Shown one piece after another: positions 39,554-49,639 of a stretch of DNA of 64,000 bases (position 1 is its first letter; each line of letters begins with the position of its first letter). This DNA comes from Myxococcota bacterium (GTDB taxonomy: Bacteria; Myxococcota_A; SURF-8). Location of the stretch: assembly GCA_965140415.1 (NCBI GenBank), contig OZ223209.1, positions 704,001 through 768,000 of the forward strand, written 5' to 3'. A model generated the notes under the pieces. It did no database searches, was not told where the DNA came from, and saw only the letters and a program-made list of their open reading frames with translations. A program made the position numbers and the translations under genes.

Positions 39554-41071
39554 ATGAGTTTGTTTGCGAAAATCCTGCTCTGGTTCTGGATCAGCCTGCT
39601 GGTACTGGCCGGATTTTTTATGGTGATGATCAGCCTGCAATTCCAACTGCCGCTGATGCCGCAATTCGCCTTTGCCTCCAGTGGCAAACTGCAACTTATC
39701 GAACGCCAGATCGCCATTGAGCTAAGCGACTCCCCCAGGTATTCCTGGGATAATATTCTAAAAGAGTTCGGCAACCTGCACGGCGTGTCATTCGTTCTGA
39801 CCAGTGTCGAAGGGCAGCGGATGGCCGGATTTCCTCAGCAACTTCCGGAAGAGATCCGCTTCTTGCTTACCAAGCAGTTTCATCTTCAACCGCCTCCGGC
39901 GACGAATAACGATTTACCTCCAGAGGATGAATTCGCGCCGCCTCCGCCACCGCCTGGAGCGATGTTCCCAAAAACGAGTGGGTCGATAAGACCACCCAGA
40001 CGTGCAGGCGGAGAAAATGCGCCTGAAGCAAATCGTGCGCTAAAAGGCGGCTTTTTATTCGAGTACACCCAGAAGCCTTCGCTATATTGGTTCGGGTTGC
40101 GAACCTTGATTTGGATCGACAGGGGTCATCCCATTCACGCCATCTTGCTGGCGTCATCGGATTCGATGACCGGAAACGGCTTGTTTTTCGATCTGCATCC
40201 CTGGTTGCCTCTGCTTCTTTTATGTCTGCTATTGGCGATTCTAATGTGGCTGCCTTTCGCGCGCCGCTTGACTCGTCGTATCAGCCGCATGATGACTGCC
40301 GCCGAAACAATCGGCAAAGGACATTTCGATGTAGAAGTAAAGGAAAAAGGTTCCGACGAACTGGCGCGGCTGGCGCAGGCGATCAATGTAATGGCGCAAA
40401 AGTTAAACGGATACGTTCACGGTCAAAAGCGCTTTCTCGGCGATATCGCCCACGAACTGGGTTCGCCCGTCGCGCGTATTCAACTCGGTCTGGGCATTCT
40501 GGAAAATCGTACTTCCGGCGAGGATCGCCAGCGCGTGAGTGACGTTTTGGAGGAAGTGGATGAATTGTCGGCGCTGGTAAACGAGCTGCTCGAATTCACT
40601 CGCGCCGATTTGAAACGCAAGCAGCTGGAGCTAGTCAAGGTTTCATTGTCGGAGGTCGTTCAGCGCGCCATGGCGCGAGAAGCGACGGGAAAAACGGTAA
40701 TACGCTGCGATGTTGAAGAAGAATTGTCCGTGTTGGGAAATATGGATTTGCTGGTGCGCGCCGTTTCGAATCTGCTAAGAAACGCTATTCGTTACGCGGG
40801 CGAAGAAAGCCCGATTCATATAGTAGCCAAGCGGCAGCACGACCGCATTTTGCTTCGCGTTCGAGATCACGGCCCCGGCGTTGCTGAAAAAGAAGTCCCG
40901 CATCTGTTCGAACCTTTCTATCGAGTCGAATCTTCTCGCAGTCGCGAAACCGGCGGTACGGGCTTGGGGCTGGCAATCGTCGCGACTTGCATGGATGCCT
41001 GCCGGGGTGAAGTCGAAGCGGCAAATCACCCGGAGGGCGGCCTGGAAGTGACGCTCGAATTCCCGGCTTGA
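39554..41071 (+). CDS. HAMP sensor histidine kinase (CpxA-like)
   Basis: Two TMs, HAMP (DELARLA), DIAHELGSP, NAIRY, FEPFYR..GGTGLGL. Confidence 0.93.
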   Translation: MSLFAKILLWFWISLLVLAGFFMVMISLQFQLPLMPQFAFASSGKLQLIERQIAIELSDSPRYSWDNILKEFGNLHGVSFVLTSVEGQRMAGFPQQLPEEIRFLLTKQFHLQPPPATNNDLPPEDEFAPPPPPPGAMFPKTSGSIRPPRRAGGENAPEANRALKGGFLFEYTQKPSLYWFGLRTLIWIDRGHPIHAILLASSDSMTGNGLFFDLHPWLPLLLLCLLLAILMWLPFARRLTRRISRMMTAAETIGKGHFDVEVKEKGSDELARLAQAINVMAQKLNGYVHGQKRFLGDIAHELGSPVARIQLGLGILENRTSGEDRQRVSDVLEEVDELSALVNELLEFTRADLKRKQLELVKVSLSEVVQRAMAREATGKTVIRCDVEEELSVLGNMDLLVRAVSNLLRNAIRYAGEESPIHIVAKRQHDRILLRVRDHGPGVAEKEVPHLFEPFYRVESSRSRETGGTGLGLAIVATCMDACRGEVEAANHPEGGLEVTLEFPA

Positions 41072-41169
41072 TGAATAGAAGTATTAGAAGCAAAAAGACT
41101 GGAAATCATCAAATCCGAAACGAGATTTTTGAAGTTGGACCGGAGTGATCCGCAAACCCATCTGTTTGG

Positions 41170-41366
41170 CCGGTAAACAACCGGTAAACGACCACTAGAA
41201 GACCGGTAAACAGCAGTTGGTTAACACAGCATCAGGGTGTGCAATGCAGCGCAATATAGCGCAACGTAACGTAAAGCAGCACCGCAGAGCTTCAGGCAGC
41301 AGAAGCGACTGTGCGTTTCGGGGCCAATAGTGGTCGTTTTGTGGTCATCTACTGCGCGTTTACGGT
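41170..41366. repeat. Inverted pair of 11-bp-period arrays around a 10-bp-period array
   Basis: Left CCGGTAAACAA/CCGGTAAACGA/CCACTAGAAGA/CCGGTAAACAG. Right (reverse complement) ACCGTAAACGC/GCAGTAGATGA/CCACAAAACGA/CCACTATTGGC. Confidence 0.6.
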
Positions 41367-41429
41367 CCAGTACCACGCATCCGAAATCGTGAATTTGGGT
41401 GGGTTCGGCAACCTGATTTTGGATTTGAA

Positions 41430-41493
41430 GTAGGATGGGCATTTACCATGTCCATCTCTTCGGAGTGATGGGCAAAACAGTTGCCCATCCTGC
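41430..41493. repeat. GTAG-type REP doublet (family C)
   Basis: GTAG-GATGGGCA..TGTCCATC and inverted GCAG-GATGGGCAA..TTGCCCATC, between convergent genes. Confidence 0.6.
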
Positions 41494-41511
41494 TATGATG
41501 TAGTAATTGAA

Positions 41512-43206
41512 TCACGCGCGCTCGGCCTGCCGGATGGCAATGACGCCGCTTGCCAAAGCCAGAACGAGTAAAATCGCTCCAATCCAAGCTTGACCAAGTA
41601 AAAGCTCGCCGACTCCGAATAGCGCCAGGAAAAGAAAGGCCGTCAAAGCCAGCCAGCCGGATAAGGCGGGTAGCCAGGCATCCGGCAAATTGCTCTCATC
41701 GCGGAAGCGCTTCCAGAATCCGAAGGGCCGTGTTTTTTGGACGAAAGCCCGTAAATGTTCTTCGGAAACGGCGGGCGTAAGGAACGTGACTACCAACGCC
41801 AACGGCAGCGAAAGCGCCAGGGTGATCAACAGTGATTCCTGTAAAGGCAATCCCACTATGCGGCAGATTGTAGCTGTGCTCATCGAAGCGGCCATGGCCG
41901 TCAATTCCGTCCAGGCATTGGGCCGCCACCAGAACCAGCGTAATAGATAAATCGGGCCGACTCCCGCGCCCATCGAAAGCAGGAAGCGAAAGATCGAAGT
42001 GACCGAATCGGCGTAGAAGGTCAATACGCCGGTCAGCATCAAAAAGGCAATCGACATCAAGCGTGAGAGCCGCAGCAGGCGACGCTCGTTGTTGCTGCGG
42101 TCGATGAAACGCCCGTAGAAATCGTTTACGAAATAGCTGGTGCCCCAGTTCAGTTGCGTGTCGATGGTCGACATGAAGGCGGCTAAGAAGGTAGCCAGCA
42201 TGAAGCCGCGCCAGCCTTCCGGAAAGACTTGCAGCATCACCGCCGTATAGGCGCGCGTGCCCTGACCGATTTCAGGCAGTAGAATCAACGACGCCAGCGC
42301 AACGAGGATCCACGGCCAGGTTCGAATGACGTAATGACTAAGCAGAAACCACACCGTCGCCCGCGCCGCCTCGCGCTCGTCGCGGCAGGCAAGTTGCCGC
42401 TGGATGATCTTTCCGCCTCCGTCGGCATTGATAAAAGCCCACCATTGCACGCCGAATAAAAGCGCAAGCATGGCGGGTAAGCTCTTCCAGCCTTCGCCAG
42501 TGCGGGGGAGATAGTTGGTCGCAGCGGGTGAAATCGTTTGCAGTTTCAGGTTCAACCCTTCCATTCCGCCGACGGCCTGCACGGCAGCGAAGGCCAATAC
42601 CAGTGCGCCTATTAGCGCTAAAAAGAATTGAATGAAATCCGTAACGACGACGCCCCAGAAACCGGAGAGCAATGAATACGCCAGCGTGACGATCAGGCAA
42701 AGCGGAATAAGGATCGCGGGATCGAGACCCAGGCTGTCGCTTAAAATCGTGGCGATGGCTTTGACGACCAGAGCCATGGCGATGCAATTGACGATGACAC
42801 TGAACACCAGCGCGCGAAAACCGCGCAGGAAGCGAGCCCCCGCGCCATCGTAGCGAAGTTCGGTAAGTTCCACGTCGGTCAATACACCCGCGCGACGCCA
42901 CAAGCGCGCCAGGAAATACACGCTGAACGCGCCGCCTATCGCGTAACACCACCACTCCCAGTTGCCGCCGATGCCACCCGAACGGGTAACGTCGGTTACG
43001 TATAACGGCGTATCGGCGCTAAACGCGCTTGCTGCCATGCTGGTGCCGGCCACCCACCAGGGCAGGCGTTTTCCCGAAAGGAAGAAATCGGTCACGCCGC
43101 CCTCGGCGCGCCGTTTCAGAAACAAGCCCAGAAGTAATAAAAACAAGAGGTATCCGCCGATGATGGCGAAGTCGAAAAACGATAGATTCATACCGATGGC
43201 GTTCAT
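41512..43206 (-). CDS. Sodium:solute symporter (SSS) family transporter
   Basis: DFFLSGKRLPWW, FSADTPL, TDFIQF, IQR, AAFMSTIDTQLN motifs; many TMs. Confidence 0.93.
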   Translation of the reverse strand: MNAIGMNLSFFDFAIIGGYLLFLLLLGLFLKRRAEGGVTDFFLSGKRLPWWVAGTSMAASAFSADTPLYVTDVTRSGGIGGNWEWWCYAIGGAFSVYFLARLWRRAGVLTDVELTELRYDGAGARFLRGFRALVFSVIVNCIAMALVVKAIATILSDSLGLDPAILIPLCLIVTLAYSLLSGFWGVVVTDFIQFFLALIGALVLAFAAVQAVGGMEGLNLKLQTISPAATNYLPRTGEGWKSLPAMLALLFGVQWWAFINADGGGKIIQRQLACRDEREAARATVWFLLSHYVIRTWPWILVALASLILLPEIGQGTRAYTAVMLQVFPEGWRGFMLATFLAAFMSTIDTQLNWGTSYFVNDFYGRFIDRSNNERRLLRLSRLMSIAFLMLTGVLTFYADSVTSIFRFLLSMGAGVGPIYLLRWFWWRPNAWTELTAMAASMSTATICRIVGLPLQESLLITLALSLPLALVVTFLTPAVSEEHLRAFVQKTRPFGFWKRFRDESNLPDAWLPALSGWLALTAFLFLALFGVGELLLGQAWIGAILLVLALASGVIAIRQAERA

Positions 43207-43351
43207 CCAGGCTCCCCGTTAATCCCTGAAAACTAAAGTCTTGCAATGCGTGACTCGTAAGCCATTTTGAAACAGGCCGATTAATAATGTCAACGAAAAG
43301 AAAACTTTGTGAATGCGCAGTGCTAGCCTATCGTCATTTTTCCGCTTTCAC

Positions 43352-43380
43352 TTGCCATCGTTTACAAAACTTCTTACAAT
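43352..43380 (+). promoter_or_regulatory. sigma70-type promoter
   Basis: TTGCCA-N17-TACAAT. Confidence 0.5.
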
Positions 43381-43413
43381 GAAGTCAATCCATTTCAACA
43401 TAAGGAGAACCTC

Positions 43414-43659
43414 ATGCTTCTTCGCCAATTCTGGAAAGCTTGTTTGCTTGTTGTTTTAGTGCTTGGATTATGTGCCTGTGGCGGTGATTGCGGAGATGGT
43501 TGCGACGACGACGACGATTGTCCAGGCGATGCCTACTGCACCAGCCGTTTTTACATTTCAGGTCAATCCGGCAAGGTCTGCGTTCCCAAAAGTTGCAAGG
43601 ACTGCGATTCTCAGTGTGTTTTCTTAAAGATCGGTTGCGAATTCATCGAATGTGATTAG
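43414..43659 (+). CDS. Small Cys-rich lipoprotein
   Basis: AAGGAG RBS, lipobox LCAC, CxxxCxxxxxC pattern. Confidence 0.75.
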   Translation: MLLRQFWKACLLVVLVLGLCACGGDCGDGCDDDDDCPGDAYCTSRFYISGQSGKVCVPKSCKDCDSQCVFLKIGCEFIECD

Positions 43660-43704
43660 CGCCGCTACGGGTGGGAATCAGAAGTATGAATCTAACGAAC
43701 TGAT

Positions 43705-44688
43705 CTATCCAACGGAAACCGTTTCTCCGCTTTTTGCCGAAAGCGCCAGGGCATCCAATACTTCCATATTGGCCACGGCGTCTTTGATCCCCCATCGCAA
43801 AGGACGCGCTCCCCGGCAGGCATCCGTAAAATCGCGCACTTCGGCAGCATAGGCGTTTTCGCCGCCCACCGTGAATACTTCGTCTTCTTCCTCGTGCTTC
43901 TGCAAGCGCAGGCTGGCTTTGGTTTCTCCCGGATGCCAGGGGCTGTCTAAAACCAGGCGTCCGAATTCACCATGAATTTCAGCGCGATGCCTCTCCGCGC
44001 TTTCGATGCTGGTGGCGAAGGTGGCGACCAGTCCATCCGGAAATTGCAGCCAGCCAGTCATCGTCGTATCCACCTGATCGATGCGCCCGCAGGCGGAAAC
44101 GCGCTGTGGTTCGCAACCGGCGATCAAACGCGAAAAATTCACGCAATAGCAACCGACATCCATAAGCGCGCCGCCGCCCAATTCCGAACTGGTTACGATG
44201 CTGTCGTCTTCGTCGAGTAAAAACGAGAACTCGCTGTGCAGGTGATTCACGCGCCCGATGATTCCTTCTGCGATCAACTCCAGCAGCTTTTCGTAGAGGC
44301 GGTGATGCCGGTACATGTAGCCTTCGGCGATCAATTTTCCCGATTTCTCCGCAGCCTGCATGATTTCTCGCGCCTGTTCGGCATTGAGCGCCAACGGCTT
44401 TTCGCACAGCACGTGCAAACCGCTTTTAAGCGCGGAGATGGCCCATTTGGCGTGCAGGCTATTGGGCAAGGGCAGATAAACGGCATCGATTGCGCCTGAA
44501 GTCAGTAAGCCTTCATAGGATCCGAAAGCCTGTTCGATTGAGAATTTCCGGGCAAAATTCGTAGCTTTATCCACGCTGCGGCTCGCGATGGCCACGCAAC
44601 GGCTGTGCGATTCGGCTTGAATCGCAGGAACCACGGCATCGCAGATCGAAGCTGTGCCTAGAATTCCCCAGCGGATGTCGTTGACCAT
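43705..44688 (-). CDS. Gfo/Idh/MocA family oxidoreductase
   Basis: RWGILG, LPNSLH, VLCEKPLA, GGGALMDVGCY. GGAGG RBS before ATG 44688. Confidence 0.93.
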   Translation of the reverse strand: MVNDIRWGILGTASICDAVVPAIQAESHSRCVAIASRSVDKATNFARKFSIEQAFGSYEGLLTSGAIDAVYLPLPNSLHAKWAISALKSGLHVLCEKPLALNAEQAREIMQAAEKSGKLIAEGYMYRHHRLYEKLLELIAEGIIGRVNHLHSEFSFLLDEDDSIVTSSELGGGALMDVGCYCVNFSRLIAGCEPQRVSACGRIDQVDTTMTGWLQFPDGLVATFATSIESAERHRAEIHGEFGRLVLDSPWHPGETKASLRLQKHEEEDEVFTVGGENAYAAEVRDFTDACRGARPLRWGIKDAVANMEVLDALALSAKSGETVSVG

Positions 44689-44836
44689 GAGCACCTCCCG
44701 TGTTTCTGTTCGGGTTGTATCCCTTGCGTAAACACTATCATGCATTCTTTAAAAGCGCACTCGAAATTGCCATGAGGGATGACGATGAGGGATGAGATAT
44801 CCTCTTATTTATAGAGCAGTTCCAGCGAATCGCAGA

Positions 44837-47068
44837 TTACAGTTCCCGGCTTTTTTGTTCTTCTTTCCACCAGCCGTTCCAGATCTTTTGTGCTTTGCGC
44901 CGGTCGCGTCGTCGCTTCAGATCGAAAAAGCCGCGCTTGGTTCCGGCAATCCATTCCAATTCTTGCAATGCCTGTGTCGCCAAAGCCGCATCTTTACCGC
45001 CCAATGCTTCGATGTACCATTGCTCTTCGGCAAGGTCGCGATTGCTTTCCCACCAATGGCGCCATTCGCGCCTTTTGGTTCCCAGCGGCAGACAGGAAAT
45101 CTGTTGCAGCGCGGCATGTGCCTGGGTGAGTAATTCCGGCTGTGACAGCAATTCGATCAGGCTTGGAATGCAACCGATTGCCCGCAGATTCGAAGCCATC
45201 GCAATGGCTCGCTGTACATCTTCATCCTGCTCGTGCAGATGGGAATCCACCTTGTTTACTACCGCCTCGAATTCCGGGGTGCGACGATAATAGTGCAGCA
45301 GGTGCAAGGTCAGGTTGGCTACTTGCGCTGCTGGATCGAACAGACGCTCGGCCAATTCGGGCAAGGTCTGTGGCACATATAAAAAGGCGAACGCCAGCAC
45401 TCCCAGGTAGCGACTTCTGGAATCTTCGGCGTGCAGCATATCCATTAATTTGGGCAGACTGTCGGTGCCGCGCTCCACCAATCGCAGCATGCGATTTCCG
45501 CCGGGCAGGCGGCGCGGGTCGGGAAACTGTTCCACCGGAACCGGGTTGAAGTCTTGCGGCAGTGACCCACCGACTTCACTGAAAACCGCCGCCAGCACAT
45601 CCCCATCGTCCGCCGGAACGTCGTCCTCCAAAGCAACGCTTCCCGTGGACACGACGACTTGCTCGCTACTCGGTTCTTGTGCCGAAGTGGCCTCCGCTAT
45701 CTGATCGTCTTCGGAAAGGATCGTGCTTTCAACCGGCTGCTGTTCATCCAAGTTACTTTCGGAAGCGACTTCTTCTCTTTCATTTTCCTGCAACTGGTCC
45801 TGATCGTTGCTGGCTTTCTCTTGTTCTTTTACAGCTTGAGTTTCCGATGCGGTAGCGATCTCTTCCGCTTGTGTGTCCACTGTATCTTGTGGCGATTCTT
45901 TCTGACGCGGAACGTGCAGTGCGCGCGACTGTTTGATCTGTCGCAGCATTTTCACCGGATCGGCAGCCGTGGCTTCTGGTGCAATTTCTTCAGGGGGTTC
46001 ATCCGTAGCGGTTGGTTCTGGCGGCTGCTCTTCTTGCCGTTGCTCTTCTTCCTGTTGCTCCTCGACTTCCTCCGCAAGCGGCTCCAATTCCGTCAACTCG
46101 GTTTCGCTTTCCGGTACGGAGGGTTCTTCGACTGGTTCTGGCGGCAATTCGACCGGTTCCAATTCTTCAAGATCCACCACTTCCACCGGAATCAATTCGT
46201 CATCAGTGGTCGTGCCTGCCAGCGTTTGCCCGCTCGATTGCGAGGATTCCACCACGGCGGGAATTTTATTGATTTCCTCGGCGGCGGCGGGATTGAGCAG
46301 AATATCCTCGATGTTGACGGCCTGATCGAAACCCAGTCGATCCAGTTGCCGTTGCAGTTCTTCATCACTAAGTGTGCGGGCCTGCTGCGGTTGCACCGGA
46401 GCCACACGCCTTAGAGCGGGAATCATCTTTTCGGTTCGCTGCTGGCGCGTCGCTTTGGAAAGCCGTCCCTCCGATCCGATCAACGCCGACATCCAGTTCA
46501 TGCCCATCAGGCGGGTAACTGGCCGCTTTTCTCGCTTAGCCAGACCCGGAAAGGAGCCGCCGCGTTTTTTGAAAACCAGTTGCTCGAAACGCAGACCGGC
46601 ATGGGTGACCAGTCGTGCCATCACGTTGATTTGAATGGCATTGAAAGGTCGCTGGCGGTCGGCGTAAAAAATAAACGCCGCCTGTGGCCCGACGCGAATG
46701 GGAAAGAGGCTCAACGGCAAGGGGTTTTGCAGGCGGCGACGCTGTAACAGGTCTTCATAACTGGGATCGGAAAGATGATCCAGGCTGATGGGTAGATTCT
46801 GTTCGATGGCGTGCCGCAGCGACGGCTCGTCCTGCAAATGCAGGCTGAAGCGGTCGATGTCGTAGTCCGGCAAGGGGGGGCGGCAATGATAGACCTGCCC
46901 GCTGGCGACGGAATCGCGCAAACGCAGAAAACAGCAGAAGTCCGTTACCCGGCCCAGTTCCCGGCAGATTTCCTCCATGATGCGCTTGGGGGAATCAAGC
47001 AGATCGATCCGTCGCACCAGTCCCAGTAAGGGATCGGAGGAGCGGGACTTGGCTGGCGCGGAGGTCAT
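44837..47068 (-). CDS. GAF-like + acidic linker + HEAT-repeat protein (FrgA-like architecture)
   Basis: N-terminal LFPIRVG..FIFYAD GAF-like segment, E/P-rich linker, C-terminal helical repeats with W..WW motifs. Confidence 0.6.
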   Translation of the reverse strand: MTSAPAKSRSSDPLLGLVRRIDLLDSPKRIMEEICRELGRVTDFCCFLRLRDSVASGQVYHCRPPLPDYDIDRFSLHLQDEPSLRHAIEQNLPISLDHLSDPSYEDLLQRRRLQNPLPLSLFPIRVGPQAAFIFYADRQRPFNAIQINVMARLVTHAGLRFEQLVFKKRGGSFPGLAKREKRPVTRLMGMNWMSALIGSEGRLSKATRQQRTEKMIPALRRVAPVQPQQARTLSDEELQRQLDRLGFDQAVNIEDILLNPAAAEEINKIPAVVESSQSSGQTLAGTTTDDELIPVEVVDLEELEPVELPPEPVEEPSVPESETELTELEPLAEEVEEQQEEEQRQEEQPPEPTATDEPPEEIAPEATAADPVKMLRQIKQSRALHVPRQKESPQDTVDTQAEEIATASETQAVKEQEKASNDQDQLQENEREEVASESNLDEQQPVESTILSEDDQIAEATSAQEPSSEQVVVSTGSVALEDDVPADDGDVLAAVFSEVGGSLPQDFNPVPVEQFPDPRRLPGGNRMLRLVERGTDSLPKLMDMLHAEDSRSRYLGVLAFAFLYVPQTLPELAERLFDPAAQVANLTLHLLHYYRRTPEFEAVVNKVDSHLHEQDEDVQRAIAMASNLRAIGCIPSLIELLSQPELLTQAHAALQQISCLPLGTKRREWRHWWESNRDLAEEQWYIEALGGKDAALATQALQELEWIAGTKRGFFDLKRRRDRRKAQKIWNGWWKEEQKSREL

Positions 47069-47071
47069 CTA

Positions 47072-48508
47072 TCAGCTTTCTTCTTTGGCGGTTGCTCGAA
47101 TCACCAGAGTTTGCGCCAGTTTATCGTGCAGGCCCTGCTTGCGGCTGTCTACCGCGATCCACAACAAACCCAGCAGAAACGGAGCGACCGACAAGGCATA
47201 GCCGAACAGGCGCACGATAGAGCGTAATCCGCTGACCCGTTCGCCATCGGTTTGAATGACGCGCAGATCCAGCAACAAATCTCCTGGTGTACGCCCGATA
47301 GTAGAGACGAAAAAGATGGATAAAAATCCGAAAAAGAAGAAATAGACTGCGGCGTAGGGTACAAGCATGATCGGATAATCCGCAGGCAAGGCAAAGAGAT
47401 AGCCCAATCCACCCTGCCGCAGATCCGGAAGCTGATCCGAACCGTACACGCCGATAGCCAGTGAAACGAATAACAGCATCAAGCTTAACGCCACTGCATG
47501 ATCGATGAAACCTGCCACAGCACGACGCAGGAAGCCTGCTGCCACGACCATAATCTCCACAATATCCTCCTGTCTGGCGTTTCCGCTTTTCGGCAGGCTC
47601 AACGGTAGCTGGGTCGGCTTCTTTGCCGACGTGTTCTTCGCGGATTTCTTGGCGGACAGCACCGCCTTGGGCTTGTCGCTCCAGGCTGGTTCCGGTTTGC
47701 TTATGCCGGCTTTCGGCTTGGTAAAGGCTTCCTCCGCTTCCGGCGTATCGGAAGAATGCATCTGCCAGTCGTCCGCTTGCTCGGCTTTTTCAGGAGCTTT
47801 CATTTTTGGCGGATCGGGCAATGGCGGCGGCGCTGGTGCAGCGGGGGGCTGTGGTGCCGATTCGGGAATCGCCGGGGCTTTTGGTTCAACTATCGGTGGT
47901 GGTGTTTCAACGTGTTGCTTTTGCGGAGCAGGCGCAGCGGGGGGCGGTTCAACCGATGGGTTTTCCTGAGCTTTTGGAGGCTCCGGAGTGGCTTCCGGCT
48001 GCTTGGCTTCTTGTTGGGCAGTGGTGAAAATCGTTTGCAGCACGCGCTTCAACTCGTCGGAATCCTCCTGCTGGGCGGGAGCTTCTTCCAAAGGACTGTG
48101 CGTCAATACGGATTTCTTGACGCTGCGCTTTTCTGCGGGTTTGGATTCTTTGGGAGCGGGGGCTTGATCGAATTGCGCTTCCCAGTCTTCCTCGACCTCC
48201 TGGCTTTTCGCAGCCGGTTCGGTTTCGGTTGTGACGGGTTCGGATAGTTTATCTAATGGATCCTGCCCCGTGGCGCGATCGAAAGAGGCGGCCCAATCGT
48301 CGTCATCCTCCGACTCGGTCGGCAGCGAACTGAGATCCGCTTCCCAGTCGTCCGCTTCCAAAGGCTGGCGGTCGAAGTAGATTTTCTTTACCGATTGCCC
48401 CGAGGGTTCCTCGACCACTTCTTCGCGCTCGCCGCGATACGGAAAGCCACAGATATCACATACCTGGGTGATCGGATCGACGTCCGCCCCGCATTTTTCG
48501 CATTTCAT
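47072..48508 (-). CDS. Zinc-ribbon + Pro-rich linker + RDD domain protein
   Basis: MKCEKC..CDICG; AGFLRRAVAGFID, GRTPG, GLHDKLAQT. ATGA overlap with rsmE. Confidence 0.85.
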   Translation of the reverse strand: MKCEKCGADVDPITQVCDICGFPYRGEREEVVEEPSGQSVKKIYFDRQPLEADDWEADLSSLPTESEDDDDWAASFDRATGQDPLDKLSEPVTTETEPAAKSQEVEEDWEAQFDQAPAPKESKPAEKRSVKKSVLTHSPLEEAPAQQEDSDELKRVLQTIFTTAQQEAKQPEATPEPPKAQENPSVEPPPAAPAPQKQHVETPPPIVEPKAPAIPESAPQPPAAPAPPPLPDPPKMKAPEKAEQADDWQMHSSDTPEAEEAFTKPKAGISKPEPAWSDKPKAVLSAKKSAKNTSAKKPTQLPLSLPKSGNARQEDIVEIMVVAAGFLRRAVAGFIDHAVALSLMLLFVSLAIGVYGSDQLPDLRQGGLGYLFALPADYPIMLVPYAAVYFFFFGFLSIFFVSTIGRTPGDLLLDLRVIQTDGERVSGLRSIVRLFGYALSVAPFLLGLLWIAVDSRKQGLHDKLAQTLVIRATAKEES

Positions 48509-49266
48509 TGTTTTCCTTGCCTTCCCTTGCCGCCCATATCGCCCCACACGACCTGAATCGCGGCAAGTAACGCCATGCCTGCCGTTTCGGTGCGCAGGAT
48601 GCGCGGTCCCAATGACACCAGCCGCGCGCCTTTTCGTTGCGCAAGCTGAATTTCCTCTATGCTGAATCCGCCTTCCGGGCCGATCACGAGCGTCAGCTTC
48701 TGCGGTGGCTCGTTGTCCATCAACTCCATCAGCGGTTCGGTTCCTTCGCCTTCATAAGCCAGCCAGAGCGCTTCGGTGGGCTGTTGCTCCTCGAAAAGCT
48801 CGGCGAATGTCGTCGTTTCATGCAGGATGGGTAAGCGGATACGACGACTTTGGCGGCAGGCCTGCTCGATCACCGTTTCCCAGCGTTCGTGTTTGCCTTC
48901 GCGTTTTTCACCCTGCAAATGAACGACGCCATGCTGCGACTCGAAAGGGATGAAGCCCATCGCTCCCAGTTCGCAGCTTTTCTGCAAAATCGTTTCCATC
49001 TTGGCCTGCTTGGGCAGGCCCTGCGCCAGCCAGATTTCCAATGCCGGTGACGCTTCTTCCCGCAGCATAGTCTTTAGCTGCACCGTCGCCCGGCGCTTGT
49101 CTACCTGCACCAAAGCGGCCTGATATTCGCAGCATACGCCGTCGAATACCAGAAGCTCGTCGCCTTCACCGAGCCGGTGCACGCGCGTGAGATAACGCGC
49201 CTGTTCGGGACTCAATTCGAGCTGCTGCCCGATTTCCCGTGCCGCAGGCAGATAGATGCGCTCCAT
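48505..49266 (-). CDS. rsmE: 16S rRNA m3U1498 methyltransferase
   Basis: LQKSCELG, IGPEGGFS, LGPRILRTETA motifs. Confidence 0.95.
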   Translation of the reverse strand: MERIYLPAAREIGQQLELSPEQARYLTRVHRLGEGDELLVFDGVCCEYQAALVQVDKRRATVQLKTMLREEASPALEIWLAQGLPKQAKMETILQKSCELGAMGFIPFESQHGVVHLQGEKREGKHERWETVIEQACRQSRRIRLPILHETTTFAELFEEQQPTEALWLAYEGEGTEPLMELMDNEPPQKLTLVIGPEGGFSIEEIQLAQRKGARLVSLGPRILRTETAGMALLAAIQVVWGDMGGKGRQGKQ

Positions 49267-49398
49267 ACCGTTTCCTTACAGCCAACCGCCCCGGCGGTGT
49301 GTATAGAAGCCCAATGAGAACCCATTCAGTATATCACATTCAACGACGATTTTCCACCGCTTTCCAAGTGAGTGATGGACCTAATTCGCTTGCGGCGT

Positions 49399-49490
49399 GT
49401 GGCATGGGCCAAGCGGAGAGAAACGGAGCTTGCCCATGTGGCTCTTTAACACGGGCAAGCCTGCGGCTTAGCCCGCGCCACCCTAAAATC
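49399..49490. repeat. Family B REP doublet (92 bp), copy 1
   Basis: GTGG-CATGGGCCAAGC..GCTTGCCCATG plus inverted GTGG-CGCGGGCTAAGCC-GCA-GGCTTGCCCGTG. About 14 mismatches versus the copy at 52246. Confidence 0.85.
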
Positions 49491-49639
49491 ATACAGGTTT
49501 GCAACTTCTTGTGATGCACCCATGGACCTCATTCACTTGCGGGCAACGGATGAAGGTGGGCACGCGTTTCCCATTGCAATTTTGACAGCCCTTGCCAAGC
49601 GCGTTACACTGCCACCATAAATATTTCTCGGAGGTGAGC

